Positions 28,289 through 37,079 of a stretch of 64,000 bases of DNA are shown here, piece by piece. The stretch is from the NCBI GenBank assembly GCA_963822965.1, contig CAWGJT010000005.1, positions 1,024,001 through 1,088,000 on the forward strand, read 5' to 3'. The DNA is from an uncultured delta proteobacterium (GTDB lineage Bacteria > Myxococcota_A > UBA9160 > UBA4427). Every line of letters starts with the position of its first letter. The first letter of the stretch is position 1. The notes beneath the pieces are model-generated. The model was not told where the DNA came from, ran no database searches, and worked only from the letters and a program-made list of their open reading frames with translations. The translations under genes were made by a program, and so were the position numbers.

Positions 28289-29339
28289 ATGCGTCGTTCC
28301 GAAGACCTGCCCGCGACGAGCGATGTGCTGCATCGCTTCCCGTTCCGGGCGATGGCGAGCCCGTGCGAGCTGCACCTGCACGCGGGACCACGTCGCGCAG
28401 GTGCAGGCCGCCGCTCGCGCCGCCACGCGCGAGGTGCAGCGCATCGAGCGGAAGTACTCGCGCTACCGGGACGACAGTGTCGTCGCGGGCATCGACGCGT
28501 CCGCCGGCAGCCGGGACGGCTACCGCTGCGACGAGGAGACCGCGGCGCTCCTGGACTACGCCCACACCGCCTGGGAGCAGAGCGACGGCCTCTTCGACAT
28601 CACGTCGGGGGTGCTGCGCGAGGTGTGGGACTTCCGCGCGAACCGCATCCCGCATCGGCGCGACGTCGAGCGGGTGCTCGAGCGGGTGGGCTGGCAGCGC
28701 CTCGTCTGGGAGCGCCCCGTGCTGCGCATGCCGGCGGGCATGCAGGTGGACTTCGGGGGCTTCGGCAAGGAGTACGCGGCCGACCGCGCGGCCGCGGTGT
28801 GCCGGGCGCACGGCATCGCGTCGGGGCTCGTGGACCTGGGCGGCGACGTCGCCCTGGTGGGACCGCATCCGGACGGCGGCGGCTTCCGGGTGGGGGTGCG
28901 CGACCCGCGACGGCCCCGCGGCGCCCTCGCCAGCATCCTGCTCGACGCCGGGGGAATCGCGACCAGCGGCGACTATCAACGCTTCCTGGTTGTGGACGGC
29001 CGGCGCTACGCGCACATCCTCGACCCTCGCACGGGCTGGCCGGTCCGCGGTCTCGCGAGCGTGAGCGTGGTGGCGGACGGCTGCCTCGTCGCCGGGACCG
29101 CCTCGACGGTCGCGATGCTGAAGGGAGGCGACGGCGCGCGCTGGCTCGCAGCCCTCGGGCTGCCCCACCTGTGCGTGGACAGCGGCGGTGGCGTGAGCGG
29201 CACGCTCGCGGGCGCCGCCGACTACGGATCGCCCGGCACAGACACTCAGTCCTCGCTCGCGGAGTCGAGGTCCGAGCCCAGCAGCTGCACCCCGGGCGCC
29301 GTGGCGCCCTGCACCGCGCCGGGCATCACGACGACCTGA
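28289..29339 (+). CDS. apbE: FAD:protein FMN transferase (ApbE), one frameshift near 28387
   Basis: FRAMASPCEL (frame 1), then SRYRDDS, GLFDIT, DFGGFGKEYAAD, DLGGD, ATSGDY, HILDPRTG. The 3' end overlaps the convergent secretin gene. Confidence 0.88.
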
Positions 29340-31546
29340 GGCGCGAAGCCTCGCTCGCGCAGCCGAAGCGCGTCGGCGCCCGCCAGGGCCATCTTGCGGT
29401 AGCCCGTCAGGTAGACGTCGAAGAGCTCCTGCCCGCCTCGCATCCACGATCCCACCTGGGCGTCGGCGCCCTCCCGCTCGAAGCCGTCGGCGATCTCCTG
29501 CGCCTCCCCGCGGTCGCTCACGGTGCTGAGCAGCAGCGCGTAGGGGAACCGCGAGCTCATGCGGACGCCCTTCAGCCGGCTCTGGCTGCGTTCGAGGGCG
29601 AGGCGCTGCCGGATCGACTCGGCGATGTCCTCGTCGTGGCTGCGCAGGATCTTCGCCTGCACGGCGAAGATGAGGTGCGTATCGTTGGTCCGCGAGCTTT
29701 GGGACTTCACCAGATATCCCAGGATCGGAATGTCCTGCAGGAAGGGCGTGCCGCTCTGGCTCGACGTCTGCAGGCCGTCCTGGCTCATGCCGACGACCGC
29801 CAGCTCCCCGTCGGCCATGGGGATCTTGGTCTCGATCAGGCGCTTCTCCACCGTCGGCCCCACCAGGTTGACGTTGCCGGCCACGGACGGGCCGATGCGT
29901 GACACCTCGATGTGAAGCTTGAGGGTTACCTCTCCCGAGTCGCCCAGCTGGGGCAGGACGCGCAGCTCCACCCCCACGTCCTGCCGCTCGACCTGGTTGC
30001 GCGTCTGGACGCCCTGCAGGCTCTCGGCGGACTGCCCCACCAGGATCGGGACGTTCTGGCCCACGAAGATCCGCTGCTCCTCACCGCTCGACATCAGCAG
30101 TCGCGGATTCAGGAGCACCCGGGTGCGCACGGCCCGGTCGTCGGCCTGCACGACGACGGTCTCGCGCGGCACCACCACCTGCACCGGCTGTCCGTTGGCG
30201 TCGACGAAGGGGATGAGGAGCGGGTCCCGGGAAGCGCGCCCGAAGAAGCTGATGTCGGGACCGATCTCGCCGCGCAGGCCGCCGCCGGAGGGATTCGAGG
30301 TGACCGAGAGGAAGTTGCCGCTGCCGTCCTTGTTCGGCTCGAGGATCGGCAGGAAGAAGTCGACGCCCAGGGACATGCTGCTGGGGTTGGTGATCTCGTA
30401 GCCGGTCACGTCCACCTGGATGCGCGGCTGCTCCCGATCGAGGTAGTCGATCACCGTCTGGATCGTGCGGAAGGTGTCGCGGTCGGCGTCGATGATGAGG
30501 GAGTTCGTCCCCGGGTCGACCATCGCGACGAAGTTCTTGCCCATCAGGTTCTCGCCGCCCGGCGGCTCGGTGGACACGCCCGGAAGCCCGCGCGGCGGGG
30601 CGGACTGCGCGGCGGCGGCCTCGCGATTCTTGAGCACCCGGCCCACGGCGAGCGCCAGCAGCATCTCCTGGATCTCCTGGGCGTCCCGGTTGCGGACGCG
30701 AACGACCCGGAGCTTGGTGCTGACCTCGACCGGACGGTCGAGCTCGTCGATGAACTTCGCGGCCCGCTGCAGCTGGTCGTCCGTCCCCAGCAGGATGAGG
30801 GTGTTCGTACGCTCGTCGGTCCAGAAGCGGAGCTCGCCCTCGCCGAAGGAGGGCGCCACCACCTCGGGCAGCATGTCCGCCACCTCCTGCACGCCGCGGT
30901 GGCGCAGGGTGCGCAGCCACAGCTCGCCGGACCCGCCCGCGTCGAGCGCCTGGATGAGGGCCATGGTGCGCAGCAGACGCTTCTCGTTCCCCACCAGGAT
31001 GAGGCTGTTCGTATCGGGATACGGAACCACCAGGTCGTCCTTGCTCACCTGGGGCTGGATCTTGGCGGCGAGCGACGCGGCGTCCACCTCGTGCACGTCC
31101 ATCATCGTGGTGACCAGCTGGTCGCGCTCCTCGAGCGCCGCCAGCCCCGTCCACGGAGCCCCGGACGACGCGACGGTCACGGGCAGCACCCGGTAGACGT
31201 CCCCGCGGCCCCGCATCAGCGCGTAGCCCTGCATGGTGAGGGTGGCGTCGAGCAGGGCGAGCGCCTCTTCCGGGCTCACCAGCCGGTGCATGGTGATCGT
31301 GAAGCGTCCCGGCAGCGCCGGGTCCACCACGATGCGCTTGCCTGTGGCGCGGGCGATCTCCGCGACCACCTGGGAGAGCGGCGTCTGCGCGTAGTGGAGC
31401 TGGATCAGGCCGTTCTCGGCCACGGCCGCCACGGCGCCCGCCGGACGGGGGACGGCCGCAGCCAGCAGCAGCCCGGCTACGAGCGAAGCCAGCAGACGCG
31501 CCCGGAACCCCAGCGGCCCGCTGGCACGGGCCGCCTCAGCGTTCAT
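29246..31546 (-). CDS. gspD: GspD-type secretin with a C-terminal SPOR-like domain
   Basis: Signal peptide; N0 and N-repeats (PDTNSLIL, DERTNTLIL, DPGTNSLII); QDVGVELRVLPQ; TPFLQDIPILGYL; extra C-terminal beta-alpha-beta-beta-alpha-beta-like segment. Confidence 0.82.
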   Translation of the reverse strand: MNAEAARASGPLGFRARLLASLVAGLLLAAAVPRPAGAVAAVAENGLIQLHYAQTPLSQVVAEIARATGKRIVVDPALPGRFTITMHRLVSPEEALALLDATLTMQGYALMRGRGDVYRVLPVTVASSGAPWTGLAALEERDQLVTTMMDVHEVDAASLAAKIQPQVSKDDLVVPYPDTNSLILVGNEKRLLRTMALIQALDAGGSGELWLRTLRHRGVQEVADMLPEVVAPSFGEGELRFWTDERTNTLILLGTDDQLQRAAKFIDELDRPVEVSTKLRVVRVRNRDAQEIQEMLLALAVGRVLKNREAAAAQSAPPRGLPGVSTEPPGGENLMGKNFVAMVDPGTNSLIIDADRDTFRTIQTVIDYLDREQPRIQVDVTGYEITNPSSMSLGVDFFLPILEPNKDGSGNFLSVTSNPSGGGLRGEIGPDISFFGRASRDPLLIPFVDANGQPVQVVVPRETVVVQADDRAVRTRVLLNPRLLMSSGEEQRIFVGQNVPILVGQSAESLQGVQTRNQVERQDVGVELRVLPQLGDSGEVTLKLHIEVSRIGPSVAGNVNLVGPTVEKRLIETKIPMADGELAVVGMSQDGLQTSSQSGTPFLQDIPILGYLVKSQSSRTNDTHLIFAVQAKILRSHDEDIAESIRQRLALERSQSRLKGVRMSSRFPYALLLSTVSDRGEAQEIADGFEREGADAQVGSWMRGGQELFDVYLTGYRKMALAGADALRLRERGFAPQVVVMPGAVQGATAPGVQLLGSDLDSASED

Positions 31547-32415
31547 CGCCAGGGCATGGCGAAATCCCAGACCTCGACGCGCAGGGTCGCGCGGGCCTCA
31601 TGGATCTCCGGGTCCAGCTCGAAGAAGCTGTTGCTGTCCTGCGCCACACCGCCATCCCTGAGCTTGACCTTCGCCTTGCCGGGGTCCTGGTAACGGTAGC
31701 CGAGGCTGAGGGAGACGCGATCGGTGAGCTCATAGCCGAGTCCGACACCGGCCTGCCAGGCGAAGTTGTACTTCAGGTCGTCGCCATGGGTCTGGCTCTC
31801 CTGGGTCTTGACGTCGAGACTCGCCATGCCGACGCCGGCGCCCAGCTCGAGGGAGGTGCGGTCGAGGATGTGCTTCAGGGTGCGCAGCCGCCAGCGGCCG
31901 AAGAGGCGCGCGCTGGTCCACGAGATGGGCCGGTAGAGGCCCTGTAGCGGAATGTCGAGCCAGAAGTTCCCCATGAGCGACCAGGTGTCGAGCTCGGTCT
32001 GGATCTTGCCCTCGTTGGTCACGATGGGGTCGGTGGAGTACTTGAAGTTGCGCAGGCCCACCGCCTCGATTTCGGCGCGCACGTCCCAGCTCGGCAGGCG
32101 CCAGCCCCGGGGAAGCTCCAGCAGGGCGATCTCGTCCATGGGGATGGCCAGCCCCACGGAGCCGCCGAGCAGCGGCGAGACGTCCGTGTCGTTGCCGCCG
32201 AGATCGAAGACCTGGCCGATCTCGACCATCCCGGAGCCCTTGCCCTTGGACACCGAGTAGCCGAGGTCGCCGGAGGTGTAGATCCGCCAGTCGGCGGACG
32301 CCGCCCCGGGAAGCAGCAGCAGGCCCATGGCCAGCAGCGCGCCCAGAAGCGCACGGGTGCCCGACAGGGCACCCGGTCGAAGCTCGAGGCCGATCCCCAT
32401 TCGTCTCTGTCCCAC
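31543..32415 (-). CDS. Outer-membrane beta-barrel protein (OmpA/Opa/OmpW-like 8-strand type)
   Basis: Signal peptide ending ASA; NFAWQAGVGLGYELTDRVSLSLGYRY; overlaps the secretin start. Start could be the ATG at 32400. Confidence 0.75.
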   Translation of the reverse strand: MGQRRMGIGLELRPGALSGTRALLGALLAMGLLLLPGAASADWRIYTSGDLGYSVSKGKGSGMVEIGQVFDLGGNDTDVSPLLGGSVGLAIPMDEIALLELPRGWRLPSWDVRAEIEAVGLRNFKYSTDPIVTNEGKIQTELDTWSLMGNFWLDIPLQGLYRPISWTSARLFGRWRLRTLKHILDRTSLELGAGVGMASLDVKTQESQTHGDDLKYNFAWQAGVGLGYELTDRVSLSLGYRYQDPGKAKVKLRDGGVAQDSNSFFELDPEIHEARATLRVEVWDFAMPWR

Positions 32416-32521
32416 GCGATCCCACGCGATCGGTCGGATCGCGCCAGCCCCAGTCCCGCCGACTCTGGCTGGCCGATTCCGCTTGACCTGCCTGCGTATC
32501 GAGTCGGAGCTGCCTGTTCTT

Positions 32522-32537
32522 TATGACTGTCATCACA
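32522..32537. promoter_or_regulatory. CRP/FNR-family-like binding site upstream of the OMP-secretin operon
   Basis: TATGA-ctgtca-TCACA with TT/AAT flanks: 9/10 match to TGTGA-N6-TCACA. Confidence 0.45.
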
Positions 32538-32596
32538 AATTCGCCGAGCCGGGCTCGGCTTGGGGGGGATGGCCATCGAGCTGGCCTCGGCTACTG

Positions 32597-32612
32597 TACC
32601 GTCCGGACGGTA
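32597..32612. promoter_or_regulatory. Probable TetR operator
   Basis: Perfect 16-bp palindrome TACCGTCCGGACGGTA about 50 bp upstream of a TetR gene. Confidence 0.65.
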
Positions 32613-32663
32613 TATCGATCGACATCGACCGATATCGCCCGATATCGAGGGGGGATCGATCTC

Positions 32664-33251
32664 GTGGCCGCTTCGTACCCGGACCGCACGGGGCGGCAGG
32701 AGCCCGCCGGGCGCGGCGCCCGCGACCGCCTGCTCGACGCCGCGGAGTCGCGTCTGCTGGAGCGAGGGCCCGCCGGGCTGGTGCTCGCCCAGGTGGCGTC
32801 GGACGCCGGCTGCAGCAAGGGCGGTCTCCTCTACCACTTCCCGTCCAAGGACGCGCTGGTCGACGGCATCATCGAGCGCATGCTCGACAGCTTCGAGCAG
32901 GCGCAGGAGCGCCTGGCCGCGGGCGACCCGGAGGCGGACGGCTGCTGGAGCCGAGCCTATCTCGCCTCCACGGTGACCGACGACGGCCGCCCCGCCGACG
33001 GGTCCGCGCAGGTGATGGCCGGACTGCTGGCGCTGGTGGGCAACGACCCGCAGAAGCTCGCACCCCTGCGCGACCGCTTCGCTGCCTGGCACGCCCGGCT
33101 CGAGGACGACGGCATCGATCCCGAGACGGCCGTGATCGTCCGCCTGGCCGCGGACGGGCTGTGGCTCTCGGCGCTGCTGGGGCTGCCGAGCCCGCGGCCG
33201 GAGCTGCTCGCCCGGGTGGTCGCGCGCCTGGGCGAGATGACCCGCCGATGA
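32664..33251 (+). CDS. TetR/AcrR family transcriptional regulator
   Basis: RDRLLDAA...LAQVASDAGCSKGGLLYHFPSKDAL HTH; RLAADGLW C-terminal motif. Confidence 0.92.
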   Translation: MAASYPDRTGRQEPAGRGARDRLLDAAESRLLERGPAGLVLAQVASDAGCSKGGLLYHFPSKDALVDGIIERMLDSFEQAQERLAAGDPEADGCWSRAYLASTVTDDGRPADGSAQVMAGLLALVGNDPQKLAPLRDRFAAWHARLEDDGIDPETAVIVRLAADGLWLSALLGLPSPRPELLARVVARLGEMTRR

Positions 33252-34051
33252 ACCCCCTCGAGCAGGACGCTGCGCGGCTCGAGAGCCGCTTCCAGGAGGC
33301 GCTCGAGGAGCTGCGGGGCCTGCGGCTCCGCCTTCGTGATGCGGACTCGCGGCTGGCCGAGCGCACCCGCGCCGAGGTGGCCGAGATCCGTGACGAGTGG
33401 GACGCCATCCACTACCGCTGGTGGATCGGCGTGCTGGCCTTCGCGGTGGTCTTCCTGTTCGCCGCCTACGCGTTCTACATGAACCTGGGCTGGTACGCGG
33501 AGCATCGCGCCCTTCCCGTGAGCTCGGACTGGCTGCTGGACCGGTTGCCGGTGGTGAACGTGGTGCCGCTGCTCTCCTGGGGCTGGCTGGCGCTGCACGT
33601 CTACGCGGTGGCGATCGCGCTGCTCTACTACCCCCGCAAGCTGCCGTTTCTCTGCTTCCTGCTCGGCGTGTATCTCTGCGTGCGGACGGTCTTCGTCTTC
33701 CTGTCTCCCATCGGCGCGCCCGAGTCGATCCTGGACATGGGCAAGCTCGACCTGCTCTTCCCCCACGTGGTGGGGGTCTACACGTTCCAGAACGAGTTCG
33801 TCTTCTCGGGACACACCGCCATGCCGTTCCTGTTCGCGCTCTTCTTCGAGACCCGCGTGCAGCGCACCGTGATGCTGGCGGGCTCGATCGCCATGGCGAT
33901 GGCGGTGCTGCTCACGCGCAACCACTACACGGTGGACGTGATCAGCGCCTGGTTCATCGGCTTCGCGATCTACGCCGCGAGCGAGCGGCTCTACTTCCAC
34001 TTCCTGCGGCCGCTCTTCCTGGCGACGCCCCTCGCCCGGCGCTCGGCCTGA
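33248..34051 (+). CDS. PAP2-superfamily membrane phosphotransferase (sphingomyelin/IPC-synthase-like) with an N-terminal coiled coil
   Basis: Six TM helices; FSGHT and RNHYTVDV catalytic motifs; ATGA overlap with tetR. Confidence 0.75.
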   Translation: MNPLEQDAARLESRFQEALEELRGLRLRLRDADSRLAERTRAEVAEIRDEWDAIHYRWWIGVLAFAVVFLFAAYAFYMNLGWYAEHRALPVSSDWLLDRLPVVNVVPLLSWGWLALHVYAVAIALLYYPRKLPFLCFLLGVYLCVRTVFVFLSPIGAPESILDMGKLDLLFPHVVGVYTFQNEFVFSGHTAMPFLFALFFETRVQRTVMLAGSIAMAMAVLLTRNHYTVDVISAWFIGFAIYAASERLYFHFLRPLFLATPLARRSA

Positions 34052-34147
34052 ACGGCCCCCGCCGTTGCCGGAAGGCACGATCCGGGCTTCACTCCTCGCC
34101 CTCGCAGCCGCACCCGCCACGGAGGGGAAGGAGCAGGGAGGGGAGAC

Positions 34148-34351
34148 ATGAAGATCCGCGTCGACTGGGACCTGTGCCAGGGGCACGGCACCTGCGTCGC
34201 CGAGGCCCCCGAGGTCTTCGCCCTGGACGGCGACGGCAACCTGGTGGTGAAGCAGGAGAGCCCGCCCGCCGAGCAGCACGAGCGGGTTCGCAATGCCGTG
34301 CGCTTCTGCCCCTCGTACGCCCTGTCCATCGTGGAGGACGAGCCCGCATGA
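34148..34351 (+). CDS. Ferredoxin (single-cluster, 3Fe-4S type)
   Basis: MKIRVDWDLCQGHGTC...CPSYALSI; GGGAG RBS. Confidence 0.9.
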   Translation: MKIRVDWDLCQGHGTCVAEAPEVFALDGDGNLVVKQESPPAEQHERVRNAVRFCPSYALSIVEDEPA

Positions 34352-35100
34352 AGCGCCTCAGCGACCGTCGGGTGCTCGTCGTCGGAGCGTCGTCGGGCAT
34401 CGGCCGCGCCATCGCCGCTCGAGCCGCCGAGGAGGGTGCGCGCGTGGCACTGGGGGCGCGCCGCGCCGAGAGCCTCGCCGAGATTGCGGCCTCGCTTCCG
34501 GGCACAGCGGTGGCCGCTCCCCTGGACGTGCGCGATCCGGCGTCCATCGACGCGGGCGTCGCCGCCGCCGTCGCCGGTCTCGGCGGCCTCGACTCCCTGG
34601 TCTACGCCGTGGGCATGGCGTTCCTGCGCCCCCTGGCCGAGATGGAGGCCCCGGCCTGGCGCGAGATCTTCGAGACGAACGTGACGGGGGCCGCCCTCGT
34701 CACCCGCGCCGCGCTGCCGCACCTCACCCGCGCGCGCGGCCGCGCCATCTTCCTGTCGTCCATCTCGGCCGACGACCGTCCCCCGCGTCGTGCCCTGGGC
34801 GGCTACATGGTGAGCAAGGCGGCGCTCAACAAGCTGGTGGAGGTGTGGCAGGCCGAGAACCACGCGGTGGCCTTCACGCGTCTGAGCGTGGGAGACACGG
34901 CGAGCACCGACTTCGCCCGGGACTGGGACCTGAGCGCCGGCGGACACTTCGTTCAGGCCTGGAACGAGCAGGGCGTGATGTTCGGGCGGACCATGGAGCC
35001 CGCGTCGGTGGGCCTGCACGTGGCCGACCTGCTGGCCGCGCCGGAGGCGGTGAGCGAGAGCCGCATCGTCCCGCGCTACCGGGTGCCCGACGACACCTGA
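34348..35100 (+). CDS. Short-chain dehydrogenase/reductase (SDR)
   Basis: VVGASSGIG and YMVSK motifs. Confidence 0.88.
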   Translation: MKRLSDRRVLVVGASSGIGRAIAARAAEEGARVALGARRAESLAEIAASLPGTAVAAPLDVRDPASIDAGVAAAVAGLGGLDSLVYAVGMAFLRPLAEMEAPAWREIFETNVTGAALVTRAALPHLTRARGRAIFLSSISADDRPPRRALGGYMVSKAALNKLVEVWQAENHAVAFTRLSVGDTASTDFARDWDLSAGGHFVQAWNEQGVMFGRTMEPASVGLHVADLLAAPEAVSESRIVPRYRVPDDT

Positions 35101-35109
35101 GCCCGGTCT

Positions 35110-35721
35110 TCAGGCTTCACAGAACGCGCGGACCGCCGCCAGGATGCGGTCGTCCACGTCGTCCTGGGTCTCTCCGTCCCGCTTCAGGCGCGTCTTCGTC
35201 ACCCGCAGCGAGTGGTCGCCGTCCGGGACGACGTGGAGCGTGCTGGGTGCGCGCATCTGCGCGCGGACGTGCTCGAGCCGGTCCAGCGGGCAGAGCCTGT
35301 CGCGGGTTCCCTGGACGAAGAGGATGCGCGTCCCGAGCGCCTTCAACACCTCGTCGCGCAGCTTCGGCGGCGCGCCGCTCGCCGGCCGCGCGCCCTGCAG
35401 CGGATACCCGAAGCACACGAGCCCGTCGACCGGCTCCTCGAGGGCCAGATGGCAGCCCACCCGGGACCCCATGCTCTTGCCGGCGAGGAAGACGGGGCCG
35501 CGATGCCCGCGGCGGGCATCGGCGAGCGCGACGCGATGGGCCGCGAGGAGCTTCGGCAGCCGGTCCGGCGAGCGGCGCCCTTCGCGCATGTAGGGATAGT
35601 CGAAGAGAACGACGCTCCCGATCGTTTCCAGGCGGCGGCGCCAGCCCTGCATCCAGGGGTGCGCGGAGCCCGCGCCGGCTCCATGCGCGAAGAGGAGGAG
35701 CGGCGTGACCTTCGCGGTCAG
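35110..35721 (-). CDS. Alpha/beta hydrolase (KANL3/Tex30-like)
   Basis: FAHGAGAGS, FDYPY, GKSMGSR, GYPL, QGTRD, GDHSL. The start codon is not obvious; the gene abuts the upstream stop. Confidence 0.8.
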   Translation of the reverse strand: MTAKVTPLLLFAHGAGAGSAHPWMQGWRRRLETIGSVVLFDYPYMREGRRSPDRLPKLLAAHRVALADARRGHRGPVFLAGKSMGSRVGCHLALEEPVDGLVCFGYPLQGARPASGAPPKLRDEVLKALGTRILFVQGTRDRLCPLDRLEHVRAQMRAPSTLHVVPDGDHSLRVTKTRLKRDGETQDDVDDRILAAVRAFCEA

Positions 35722-36950
35722 CCGAGCGCTCCCGAGTCCTTCAGCTTCGCGATGCGCTCGGCGTCGTAGCCCAGCACCTCGGAGAGCACGACCTCGTTGT
35801 GCTGCCCCACCGTGGGCGCCATGGCGGGCGCCGGCAGCTGTTCGTCGAGGAACTTCACCGGGAAGGGCAGCATGTCCGCGCCGTGGGTCTCGTGGGGCAG
35901 CAGGGGGAAGCGGGCCTTGAACTGCGGGTCGTCCGCGATGGTCTTCGGCGTGTTCACGGGGGCCATGGGCGTGTTGTGCTCGTTGCCGAAGGCGATCCAC
36001 TCCTGGGAGGTCTTCGTCTTGAAGATCTCGCGCAGCTCCCGTTGCAGCTCGCGGTTGTTGCGCGCGTGATCGGCGTACTTCGAGCCCGGCCAGCGCTCGA
36101 AGAGGTCCATGCGGTCGACGCCCTGGCAGAAGTTCTTCCAGAAGGCCTGCTCCGAGGCCATGAAGAGGATGTGCCCGTCCGCCGAGTCGTACATCTGGTA
36201 GCGGACCCCCTCCTTCATGCCCGCGGTGCCCACCGCCCGGCGCTCGTAGTTGTCGGCCTTGTTGCCCGTCACCTCGTCCTCGGGGCGCTCGTAGGCCATC
36301 CAGCTCTCGCTCCGGTACCAGTCCATGTAGGCGGCGGCGTCGGACTGGCCGAGCTCCAGCATGCAGCCCTCGCCGGTCTCCCGGGCGCGGATCACCGCAG
36401 CCAGCACGCCGAGCGCGCCGATGATCGGCCCGGCGTGGATGCCCATGCTGGGATGCTCGTCGATGAAGCAGAAGCCCTCGTCGTCGTAGGCGGGCTTGAC
36501 GAGCCCCGCCCAGGTGTCGAACGCGATGCCGTGGGCCGGCAGGTCCTTGTAGGGGCCCGTCATCCCGTAGCCGGAGATGTTGCAGAAGACGATCTGGGGA
36601 TTGACGGCGCGCAGCTCCTCGTAGCCGAGACCGCGGCGGGCGAGGGAGCCCGGGCGCATGGCCTCCACCACGACGTCGGCGCCGCGCACGAGGTCGAGAT
36701 AGACGTCCACGGCCTCCTTGAGGCGCAGGTCGAGGGTGAGGCTCTTCTTGCCGCGATTGATGTGGAGGTGGAGGAGCGAGACGCCGTGGATGATGGGCCA
36801 GGTCATCTCGCGCACGTAGTCGCCGGAGGGCGACTCGACCTTGATGACGTCCGCGCCGAGATCGGCCAGGTGCGTGGTGATGGCGGCGGGCCCGAGCAGC
36901 GAGCTCTCGACGACCCGAACGCCGGCCAGGGGGGTGCTGCGCTTCGACAT
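35718..36950 (-). CDS. CoA-transferase family III (CaiB/BaiF)
   Basis: PLAGVRVVE, LADLGADVIKVESPSGD, NRGKKSLTLDL, SGYGMTGPY, APTVGQHN. Confidence 0.92.
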   Translation of the reverse strand: MSKRSTPLAGVRVVESSLLGPAAITTHLADLGADVIKVESPSGDYVREMTWPIIHGVSLLHLHINRGKKSLTLDLRLKEAVDVYLDLVRGADVVVEAMRPGSLARRGLGYEELRAVNPQIVFCNISGYGMTGPYKDLPAHGIAFDTWAGLVKPAYDDEGFCFIDEHPSMGIHAGPIIGALGVLAAVIRARETGEGCMLELGQSDAAAYMDWYRSESWMAYERPEDEVTGNKADNYERRAVGTAGMKEGVRYQMYDSADGHILFMASEQAFWKNFCQGVDRMDLFERWPGSKYADHARNNRELQRELREIFKTKTSQEWIAFGNEHNTPMAPVNTPKTIADDPQFKARFPLLPHETHGADMLPFPVKFLDEQLPAPAMAPTVGQHNEVVLSEVLGYDAERIAKLKDSGALG

Positions 36951-37079
36951 CCTCGAACTTCCTCTCTCCGGCTTCCCGGCCGTCGGCTCGGGGCGTCCTA
37001 GGGAAACCCAGAAGCCGCGGCTTGTCGACCGAGCGCCGGGTTCCGGGGTAGCATGGCCTTCCCTTTCGGAGGCGCTTGC

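Noticed and set aside
20390..28390. Programmed ribosomal frameshifting as the explanation for the broken genes
   Set aside because: There are too many shifts per gene and no consistent slippery sequences; sequencing error or decay is far more parsimonious.
12990..32540. Locus as a mobile element or genomic island
   Set aside because: No integrase, transposase, tRNA or flanking direct repeats were seen, and composition resembles the flanks.
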